Positions 55,604-64,000 of a stretch of DNA of 64,000 bases are shown piece after piece. The stretch comes from Pachysolen tannophilus NRRL Y-2460. Taxonomy: Eukaryota. How positions within the stretch are numbered: position 1 is the first letter of the stretch; each line of letters opens with the position of its first letter. The notes below the pieces were generated by a model, which was given only the letters and a program-made list of their open reading frames with translations, did not search any database and had not been told where the DNA came from. Position numbers and translations under genes: made by a program. Location of the stretch: NCBI GenBank assembly GCA_001661245.1, contig KV454013.1, forward strand, positions 1,334,502 to 1,398,501. Reading direction: 5' to 3'.

Positions 55604-58168
55604 TTAAATGATATTTGTGGTATCTTTAAAATAATGTTCCATAATCCATGGATCTGGCCTTAATAATTTATTATCAAATTTAATTTCAATATTTTGTTCA
55701 TTTAAATAACTTTCATCTATTTTAATGAAAAAATCATCTTCTTCTTCAATACTATCAATTCCAATTGGTAAAATTTTATTTAATTCTTGTTTATGATTTT
55801 TATAATATTGTTGCATTGAATTAAATTCCAGTTTAACTTTTGGATTTTCTTTTAAACATTGATCAGCAATTTCATCATCACTAATATCTGCTCTAATTTT
55901 ACAACCTTTATCTCCAGATTTAACCCAAGAATTTAATTTTGGAGAAAATTTATATCCTTCAAATGAATTATCAATAACAGATGTAAATCCATATTCTATC
56001 ATTAAATTTTTTAACCAATTTGAAGGTATATAAGTAGGATAATTTTCAAAATGTACAGGTAATAATGGAACTAAATCTGATTGTTTATAAAAATGGAAAT
56101 TTTTACAATAAATTAAATCTTTTAAAAAACTTTTAGTTAAAAGATAAGATGCAGAATTTTCTTTATCCACTGTTATTTCTAAATCACTTTTCATTGATTT
56201 AACCATTGATAAAGATTTAATATATATTTTCTCATTATCAGGAAATACAATATATGGTTCTTCTTTTTGTTTTTGAAATTCATCTTTTAACATAACTCCA
56301 TCATAAAAAATTTCATAACCTTTTAATTTTGCTAATCTCATAATTTCATCTTTACCAAGACGTGATAAAATTCTTTTTTGTTTTGAAATTTCATCATTAG
56401 TTGCACTTGTAAAAGAAGTTAATGCAGTAATATCAATATACATACCAGAAGATGTATCTATTAATCTTGCATCAATAAAATTTTGCCGTATAAAATTATT
56501 TGGATCATCAAATCTATTGACAAAACTTGGATTTATTTCGAAAAAATAACTGTGTAAACCTAATTCAGCATCAGGATCAATCATTTCAGCTTCTTTACCA
56601 TCAGAAACCGCGTCGGCACCATTATTTTTATCACCACCAATAACAGAAGCTGAAGCTGAAACTGTAGCCGCATTACTATTGAAATTATAAATTAAAGTAT
56701 TATTTAAAAATTTCGATAATTTATATAATGATTGAATAGGAATTTGAACATCAACATCTTTATCATAAGGTAAACTAAGTCCATTCCAATACCATCCAAT
56801 TAATGCACCATGACTTAACCAAGATGAAATTTCAAATGTTTGACAAAGTTTAAACCATGCTCTAACTAATCTATGTAAATTTGATTTTGTTTTAAAATCA
56901 ATATCAAATTCATCTTTATCATCTTGTATAGAATGTGCAAAAAATCTCCAATCATAATGATCAAAATGACGAGATTGAACACTAGCAATTCCAAAAAATT
57001 TATCTTCAATAAATTTCATATCATAATCTTCATCATCAGGATTAAGATATTCATCAATTTCTAATCTTTGTAACATTAAAAATTTTAAATTTTCCAATTG
57101 TTTTAATTTTTTTTCATCTTTTTCTAAATTTGGACTTAACATTGGATTTAATGCTTCTAATTCATCTCTTAAATTCCATAAAAATAATTCTGGTTTAATA
57201 TTAATTATTTGACTTTGATTAAATTTTTTACTATTACCGAGAGTTTGAGGTGAATATGATTTTAAATTATATTCAAAATTATCTTTTAATTTTAAAAGAT
57301 TTTGTTTTGTAAATAATTGATTTAATTTTTTCAATTCTGAAAATGTTGAAATTCCTTTTAAATTCAGATTATTCCTCCATTTATTCTTATTAATTTTATT
57401 AATATAATTTTCTGATAATAAATCTAAATGAGTCTCTACTTTTCTAGATGCATCTGTTAAGTCATTTCTTTCATGATCATTTGCCAATTTTAATGGAACA
57501 ATTAATGATTTTTCATTATTGATTGCATCTAAAAATAAAACATTATCAGGAATTGGAAATTCTAAAAGTGAATAAATCAATCCATAAAGTTTCCTAAATT
57601 CAATATCCAGAAATTTAATATCTATATTTTTCAATATTTTAAATGAAACATGATAATTATTATTAGCCTTTTCGTTACTGCTTATATCAATACATGTCTT
57701 AATTCTTGTATAACTTTTAGATTGAGAATCTAATTCAAAAAATTTCTTACAAGTAGGTTTCTCAACAATAGCCTTGGTATAAAATGGATTTTTTTTAATC
57801 TTTGTTGTTAAATCTAATAACATATTCCAATTAAATGGTAATGCAAATTCTTTATTCAATAAAAACCCATTTTTACCTTGATTTAAACTATCATTTATTA
57901 AATCTAACCAAAGAGCAGGTAATAACCGTGGATCAAAATCATCATTTTTCTCATTCTCATCAGAATTATTAACAATATCACGTAACAGAGAAGTGATCCT
58001 ATCTTTATTTTTAAATCCAGTCTTTTGTTGTACTAATGATAACGAATCTATATTATTATCAAACTTCAGAGTAGAAAATAAATTAGAAATTAAAAACAAC
58101 GATATAGCAAACCCCAACGTCAAAACTATCAACCTCTTAAGCGACAACCTCCTTGGCCTCATAAGCAT
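55604..58168 (-). CDS. LicD/Mnn4-family mannosylphosphorylation protein (type II membrane)
   Basis: N-terminal TM, FDPRL, LPFNW, HYDWRFF, LHRLVRAW, WLSHGALIGWYWNG..PYDKDVDVQ, NFIDARLIDTSSGMYIDIT. Confidence 0.88.
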   Translation of the reverse strand: MLMRPRRLSLKRLIVLTLGFAISLFLISNLFSTLKFDNNIDSLSLVQQKTGFKNKDRITSLLRDIVNNSDENEKNDDFDPRLLPALWLDLINDSLNQGKNGFLLNKEFALPFNWNMLLDLTTKIKKNPFYTKAIVEKPTCKKFFELDSQSKSYTRIKTCIDISSNEKANNNYHVSFKILKNIDIKFLDIEFRKLYGLIYSLLEFPIPDNVLFLDAINNEKSLIVPLKLANDHERNDLTDASRKVETHLDLLSENYINKINKNKWRNNLNLKGISTFSELKKLNQLFTKQNLLKLKDNFEYNLKSYSPQTLGNSKKFNQSQIINIKPELFLWNLRDELEALNPMLSPNLEKDEKKLKQLENLKFLMLQRLEIDEYLNPDDEDYDMKFIEDKFFGIASVQSRHFDHYDWRFFAHSIQDDKDEFDIDFKTKSNLHRLVRAWFKLCQTFEISSWLSHGALIGWYWNGLSLPYDKDVDVQIPIQSLYKLSKFLNNTLIYNFNSNAATVSASASVIGGDKNNGADAVSDGKEAEMIDPDAELGLHSYFFEINPSFVNRFDDPNNFIRQNFIDARLIDTSSGMYIDITALTSFTSATNDEISKQKRILSRLGKDEIMRLAKLKGYEIFYDGVMLKDEFQKQKEEPYIVFPDNEKIYIKSLSMVKSMKSDLEITVDKENSASYLLTKSFLKDLIYCKNFHFYKQSDLVPLLPVHFENYPTYIPSNWLKNLMIEYGFTSVIDNSFEGYKFSPKLNSWVKSGDKGCKIRADISDDEIADQCLKENPKVKLEFNSMQQYYKNHKQELNKILPIGIDSIEEEDDFFIKIDESYLNEQNIEIKFDNKLLRPDPWIMEHYFKDTTNII

Positions 58169-58521
58169 CGTTTCAACATAAATATAAATCAATATTTAAA
58201 TATCTTCAAATTTAAATGATTATTAAAAAAATATTTAATATTTATATTTTTGAAAAAAAATAAACAATCTCTTTAAAATACAAAGAAATAAGTAATTTAT
58301 TTAAGCAATTCTACATTAATTTATTAATCTTTTTTTTTTTCTTTCTTTTTAACAAATGGAGAGGTCATCGTTATATATATTGTATGAGCAAGTTAGGTTT
58401 TGAACTGATTTAAGATTAAAGAATATCTATATAAATTAAGAAAAAAGAAGGAAAAAAGATTGTGAAGAGTTTTAAAACTGTTTGTATGGGAGTATATCTC
58501 TTTTAAGTAGAGATAAGAATT

Positions 58522-60189
58522 ATGAGTTACGAGATTACTAGTGAAGAAGATCCACTTCATAGTTCACTGGCTAGTACTAGTACGAATACTAGTGCTAGTG
58601 AAAGAGAATGTTTGAATCCAAATTGTAATATTAGCAATAGGCCAACTTTGGAAGAAGTTGTATATTCTTGTTGTCAGGTAGCTGCTACCAATGAATCTAT
58701 TTTAAAGACACCAATACAAGTATTACAAATGGATAAACATTCACCTTTATCATTTGATCCTGGGAATTTTATTGAATTTTTGAAAAATTCTCATTGTGAA
58801 GAGAATTTACAATTTTTAATAGAGATTTATAAATATGAAGTTATTTGGAATAAGTTATTCAAAAGAAGGTCATCAGTTTTAAAATGTAAAAAAACTAATA
58901 CTACAAATGCCAGTAATAATAGTAATATTACTAGAACAAATACAGCAGTATCTTCAACTAGTAATACTAATTATTCTCCAATAACTTTGACCAATAGTTC
59001 AAAATATAGTTCATCAAACAATAAGACACCAAGGAGAAATGAAGAATTATCAAAATCAATAAAAGATTTGGAAATTTCATTACCCAAGATAATAAATTCA
59101 GATTATGAAGATGATGAAGCAAGATCATTTGTATTTCCAGGTGCTTCTAACAAGAATCATCATGGTTTATGGAAAATGGCAACTACACAGTCTGGTGGGG
59201 ATAAAAAAGAACGATGGAACGATTATTGGATAGAGAATGAGAACGATAAGGATGCATTATCATTAGGTTCTAGTGATAATGATGATGAGGCTGGACCCAT
59301 CCCTTATATACCAGAACAAAATGAACAAAATGAACAAGATGAACAAAATTACGATCTCTTGGACGAGCTAGAAGATGAAGAAGAATACGATTATGAAGCT
59401 GATTTTAAAGATGATGCAGATCTGGAAACCAAACAGGATTTGAAAAACCAGTGGAATCTTATTATTGATAACTATATAAAGGAAAATTCCCCATTTCAAA
59501 TAAATTTGACAAATAATATTTATAAGCAGGTTTTAATAAGATCAAATAACCCAAGGATTTTATACCATTCTCCAGAAATTTTGGTTGATGCCAAAAATTT
59601 CGTATTACAATTATTAAGAGAAAATGTCTATGCAAATTTCATAAAAGAATATTATTGCGGACCTGCTGAAAAGACACAAGCACTATCACCATCACCACCA
59701 CTACAGGAACAACAGCAGCAGCAGCAACAACAACAACAAATTCAACCCAAGCTGGGCTCACCTTCGTCATTATCATCCTCAGCCTCATCGCGCGAAAAAT
59801 CTCCAGCTTCCCCAATTTCACCTTTTTCTAGCATTTTGAAACATTTTTACACAAGTGCTACGGACGCTAATGCCAATGCACTAAACAACTCTAGAAGGCC
59901 AGCAAAGAGCCATGCTCCACACCACCACAACCACCACCACCATAACCATCTCCACCGGAGCCACCATTCTGTAGATCAAATAATGCCGTTGGTGAAGTCT
60001 AAATCACCAACATTGGTTTCTACACGTGGACCATGCAATGTTCGAACTGAAGATGCCATGATCGGTGGCTCATTGCGAAAATCTCCGGAACCGCATGAGA
60101 CTAATGGAATACCTTCTAGAAATCATAAAGGAGATGATGAGTCTTACCATCATCGTTCAGGTTGGATGAGAAAGATTTTAAGGCATTAA
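58522..60189 (+). CDS. RGS2: RGS-domain protein (Rgs2-like)
   Basis: PTLEEV, FIEFLKNSHCEENLQFL, long acidic insert, WNLIIDNYIKENSPFQINL, LLRENVYANF. Confidence 0.8.
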   Translation: MSYEITSEEDPLHSSLASTSTNTSASERECLNPNCNISNRPTLEEVVYSCCQVAATNESILKTPIQVLQMDKHSPLSFDPGNFIEFLKNSHCEENLQFLIEIYKYEVIWNKLFKRRSSVLKCKKTNTTNASNNSNITRTNTAVSSTSNTNYSPITLTNSSKYSSSNNKTPRRNEELSKSIKDLEISLPKIINSDYEDDEARSFVFPGASNKNHHGLWKMATTQSGGDKKERWNDYWIENENDKDALSLGSSDNDDEAGPIPYIPEQNEQNEQDEQNYDLLDELEDEEEYDYEADFKDDADLETKQDLKNQWNLIIDNYIKENSPFQINLTNNIYKQVLIRSNNPRILYHSPEILVDAKNFVLQLLRENVYANFIKEYYCGPAEKTQALSPSPPLQEQQQQQQQQQQIQPKLGSPSSLSSSASSREKSPASPISPFSSILKHFYTSATDANANALNNSRRPAKSHAPHHHNHHHHNHLHRSHHSVDQIMPLVKSKSPTLVSTRGPCNVRTEDAMIGGSLRKSPEPHETNGIPSRNHKGDDESYHHRSGWMRKILRH

Positions 60190-60386
60190 TTTTTTTGTTT
60201 CGTAATTGATTGAATAATTTTTCAAATTTTTCAAAAAATTTCACTTTTAAATTTTGTATTAAATAATTAGTAAAGTTCAACAATTTTTAATACATATATA
60301 GTTTTGTTAAATTGATAAATTAAATATATAGAAGAGAAGAGAAAGAATATCAATAAATTATATATATATAGTTATTTATTAAAAAC

Positions 60387-60893
60387 ATGCCATCTACAAC
60401 GAGTGATAAACAGTATAAGGTAACTATTTCATTAGATGATTTAACACCAAATAATTTAGGTGTATTAAGGAAAATAACTGAAAAAGTACTTCCTACAAGT
60501 TATCCTCAACAATTTTATCATCAAGTCATCGAATCACCTTCCACTTCAATAACAAAACTTGCTTATTTCAATGAAGTACCTGTTGGTTGTCTTAAAGCAC
60601 AAGTTTTAATTCCAGAGGGGAAAACTTTACCTTCTTGTTGTTATGTGGATTCTTTATGTGTAATAAAAGCATATCGTAAATTTGGAATAGGTCAACAATT
60701 ATTGGATTATTTGGAACAAGAAACTATAAAGAAATTCATTCATACTATTAAATTGCATTGTTGGGTAGAAAATAAACCTGGAGTTGAATGGTATTTAAAA
60801 AATGGATTTCAAGTAGAAGAAATAGTTAAAGATTATTATAAAGAACAAGAATTGGTAAATCCCGATGCTATGTTACTAGTTAAAACCATCTAA
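60387..60893 (+). CDS. NAT5: N-terminal acetyltransferase Nat5/Naa50
   Basis: ISLDDLTPNNLG, LPTSYP, LAYFNEVPVG, YRKFGIG GNAT motif. Close to SEC63 as in S. cerevisiae. Confidence 0.9.
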   Translation: MPSTTSDKQYKVTISLDDLTPNNLGVLRKITEKVLPTSYPQQFYHQVIESPSTSITKLAYFNEVPVGCLKAQVLIPEGKTLPSCCYVDSLCVIKAYRKFGIGQQLLDYLEQETIKKFIHTIKLHCWVENKPGVEWYLKNGFQVEEIVKDYYKEQELVNPDAMLLVKTI

Positions 60894-61042
60894 TTAAATT
60901 ACAATAAAATAAAAAAAGGAACATATTCTTTAGATTATCTAGAACGTATATTATATAAATATAAATATAAATATATCAAAATTAATTTTAATTTTAATTA
61001 TTAAATAAAAAGCACTTTCATCAGTAATCATTCAAGTATATT

Positions 61043-61513
61043 TTATAGGTCATCTTCATTAACTAAAGTACCAATACATGGATATTTTTCTTTAAACATC
61101 TCTTCCCAACCATCCAATGAAGCTTGCTGCTCACGAGTTAAATCATCCAATGGATCCAATGGCTCATCAAAAGATCTCACACATTCCAAATCAAAAGAGT
61201 TAAGTGCTAATCCTCTACTTGCATCATGACCAGCAAAATTAGAATATGGACCAGATGGTCCATAAAAATTCCGACCTTTAGATACATCATATACTTTCCC
61301 CTTAACACCTATATATATCTTTTCAGTATCAAACCCATTAAACTTATATAAAGTCTTTGGAGTAAATTTTCCTTCTAATACTGGCTCTTCATCATCTTTA
61401 CTAGAATTGGATCCCAATGATATAGGATCATCTGTCTTTGGAGACAGAAATAAAATCTTCCTCAAAATATACAAAGCAATTAATAAAGCTACAATCACAA
61501 TTGAGTCAGGCAT
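61043..61513 (-). CDS. DAP1: Heme-binding MAPR protein Dap1 (PGRMC1 homologue)
   Basis: N-terminal [54 protein letters not shown] at 61513. Confidence 0.95.
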   Translation of the reverse strand: MPDSIVIVALLIALYILRKILFLSPKTDDPISLGSNSSKDDEEPVLEGKFTPKTLYKFNGFDTEKIYIGVKGKVYDVSKGRNFYGPSGPYSNFAGHDASRGLALNSFDLECVRSFDEPLDPLDDLTREQQASLDGWEEMFKEKYPCIGTLVNEDDL

Positions 61514-61755
61514 AATAGAATTCTCTCTTTCACAAATGATTACATATACAATTCTTTCCAATACTTGGATGATTTAATCTTATATTTAAACCCCCATAAA
61601 CCACGCCATACACATTCTCTCTCGTTTACAAAAGGTGGTCAAGGTAGTTGAAAAATTTTATACACGACTCAAAATTCAAATTCAATTTTTTTTTCTGTTT
61701 TTTAACTATACAAAATCAAAAATTATTTAGTTTGTTCATTTCTTTTCTCCCCTTT

Positions 61756-63852
61756 TCATCCTTCGTCCTCGGTATCGGTATTGATATCAGTGAAATCGCT
61801 CTCTTCGGTATCTTGTTCTTGTTCGAAATCACTATCGTCTTCGTTTTCTTCTTCGTCTTCGTCTTCATCGTCACTGAATATTGTTTTCTTGACACTTTCT
61901 CCTTTCATACTAGCCATAACTCCAGCAATAGAATCTTCATCTGGGTCTTCAATTCCATAAACATCGGTTTCTACTTGGGTTTCTAATGTTGCTGGATCTT
62001 CAACCTTCATCTTTATGGGGAAATCTAAGTCGTTTCCGAAATAATCTAGAGATTTCAAATTACATCTAAAATGATATTCTCCTATTGTTGGTGGTGTTGT
62101 TGCTTGTAATTGTAATTTAAAAGTTCCAACAATTAAATTACCATCATTTAAAAATTGTTTGTTATCTTTATTTAAATTTTGGAAAGAAAGATTTGTTATA
62201 CGAGCTGGTAAATCTGATAATTTATTATCTCTTTGTAAAATTAATGAACAATACCATCCATTATGTTGTCTATTTTTGATAGGGAAAAATGGTGCATTTG
62301 TTGGTGGAATAGGAGGTTGTTCAGAAACTATTTTGAATGGGTTTTTCAATGATTCTAAAGTTTCTTCTTCTATTAATGATTCTTTATTTAAAATAATTTG
62401 ACCTTTTTGCAGTGGTGATTTAATTAAAATTTTTAATACTAAATGTGCATGTGATGATGGAGTAACAATTTTTTCTCCTGGAACTTTAAATTCTGCAGAA
62501 ATTAATTTAATAATTGGAAATTTTTTACCAATTTCAATAATTTCTTGAAATTTATTATCATCTTGAATATTTAAAAAATTTTTTTGTTCAAAATCTGCTA
62601 AATTAAAAAATTTTTCTAATGTATAACATTCAATTTTTTTATCTATTTTATCCAATTCAACATATGGTAATTGTAAAAAATGATGATATTTTTTGGAAAC
62701 TGTTGGATTTACTGCTTGAATTATACATTTGTTTGTTTCAATTGCCTTTGATACTATATCATTACTACGAAATGTTGCAGCAATTTCAATTAAACCATCT
62801 ATTAATATTGGTACCATTGAAACTATTCTTAAAGTTTTATCTAAATCTTTTGAATTAATTTCCAAGAAATTTCTATTTATATAATCTTGAATTAAAAAAT
62901 AAAAATTTTCCAGAGAATCATTAGGATATAATAATTGAAATTCTTTTGATTCACTAATCCATTTTAAAATTGTATTTATTTTCACCACTTCTGCTGGATT
63001 ATTATTCATTAATTTAGAAACAAAATTTGCTGCAGTATCAACATGAATTCCCAGTTTTGTATAAGATTTAACATTATTCCACCATAATGAAACACTAATA
63101 GGTAAGAGTAAAACAAAACTCAGAGCATAAAATAATGTCAAGATCCATGAATATTGACCTTCAACAAACCATTTTGGTAATGCAATACCATGGGTAACTT
63201 GTTGAGGACCATCTGGGTGTCCATATTTTTCATAATTGGCTCTAGTAACTTCATCCGTTAATGCTTTATATGCTTTATTTATCAATACAAATCTTGATTC
63301 CAATTCTTTCTTATCCAGCTCTGAAGTATCTCTTGAAATCTTATCCGGATGAAATTTCAAAGAAAGTTTCCTATAATGAGACTTGATCTCCTTTTCTGTA
63401 GCTGAAGACGATATATCTAAAATTTCAAACGGATCAAATCCACCACTAGAAAATCCTGCAAGACCAGAAGTACCAGTACCGCCAGTACCGCCTGAAGCAC
63501 CCGAGGCACTACCGCCGCTGCTGCCACCGCCGCCACTCGTACTAACAGCATATTGAACAACCAGTGATATAAGCACAATTAAAACACAAAGAACAAAAAA
63601 TTTCCTACTGAAAACTTTTGATTTCTTTGCACCAGATTCAAATTTCTTTAAATTCTTATCAATTGGAGTCTTGTAATTATCAAATTTTTTTTTAATATAA
63701 TCTTTATCATCTTCTTTTGCCCTTTGTGAACCAGCGAAAAAATTGGCAATATAAGAATAAAATAAAGGAATCGTAATAACAATTAAAATACTCAAGACAA
63801 AGTACGGCCACACTTGAGCATTCTCATCATAGGCATACCTCGAATCACCCAT
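61756..63852 (-). CDS. SEC63: ER translocon J-protein Sec63
   Basis: YAYDENAQVWPYF, J-domain FDPFEIL..LSLKFHPDK, YGHPDGPQ..HGIALP, acidic tail FTDINTDTEDE. ATG at 63852. Confidence 0.97.
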   Translation of the reverse strand: MGDSRYAYDENAQVWPYFVLSILIVITIPLFYSYIANFFAGSQRAKEDDKDYIKKKFDNYKTPIDKNLKKFESGAKKSKVFSRKFFVLCVLIVLISLVVQYAVSTSGGGGSSGGSASGASGGTGGTGTSGLAGFSSGGFDPFEILDISSSATEKEIKSHYRKLSLKFHPDKISRDTSELDKKELESRFVLINKAYKALTDEVTRANYEKYGHPDGPQQVTHGIALPKWFVEGQYSWILTLFYALSFVLLLPISVSLWWNNVKSYTKLGIHVDTAANFVSKLMNNNPAEVVKINTILKWISESKEFQLLYPNDSLENFYFLIQDYINRNFLEINSKDLDKTLRIVSMVPILIDGLIEIAATFRSNDIVSKAIETNKCIIQAVNPTVSKKYHHFLQLPYVELDKIDKKIECYTLEKFFNLADFEQKNFLNIQDDNKFQEIIEIGKKFPIIKLISAEFKVPGEKIVTPSSHAHLVLKILIKSPLQKGQIILNKESLIEEETLESLKNPFKIVSEQPPIPPTNAPFFPIKNRQHNGWYCSLILQRDNKLSDLPARITNLSFQNLNKDNKQFLNDGNLIVGTFKLQLQATTPPTIGEYHFRCNLKSLDYFGNDLDFPIKMKVEDPATLETQVETDVYGIEDPDEDSIAGVMASMKGESVKKTIFSDDEDEDEEENEDDSDFEQEQDTEESDFTDINTDTEDEG

Positions 63853-64000
63853 TTCCTTATCTTCAATCAATCACTCAATCAATCACTTAGTATCACAATA
63901 TTTCAGTTATATTTTACTATAGAAAAAACCCTCTTGTTTCCTCTTCCGCTTCTTTCGTCAAGAAAACTTTTTCTCTTTTTCTCCAACGTGTTATTTGTAT

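Overview
AT-rich budding-yeast (Saccharomycotina) genomic scaffold with about 28 protein-coding genes, three N-gaps, and no rRNA, tRNA, transposon or CRISPR features that I could recognise. CTG codons repeatedly fall at positions where homologues conserve Ala (Chl1, GH3 beta-glucosidase, Rad16, Not5) and opposite a GCA codon in an internal repeat of Mdg1/Crp1. The genome therefore most likely uses the CUG-Ala code (Pachysolen tannophilus or a relative), and the supplied ORF track mistranslates CTG as Leu. Most notable: (1) a four-gene cluster at 5.0-12.6 kb (Dur3-family symporter, NtaA/DszA-type luciferase-like monooxygenase, MDR reductase, FMO) arranged as two divergent pairs; both shared promoters carry Met31/Met32-type sites and the enzymes are strongly depleted in Cys/Met, suggesting a sulfur-starvation organosulfur-scavenging module; (2) a ~1063-bp segment inside VHC1 lies inverted, and flipping it restores the reading frame at both junctions; (3) several spliced genes missed by the ORF track (MDG1/CRP1, YPI1, MED15, NOT5, and LTP1 with a 21-nt micro-exon carrying part of the catalytic loop); (4) single-base homopolymer frameshifts in USB1 and VHC1, probably sequencing errors. 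Gene calls rest on my recall of family motifs; no database searches were run.
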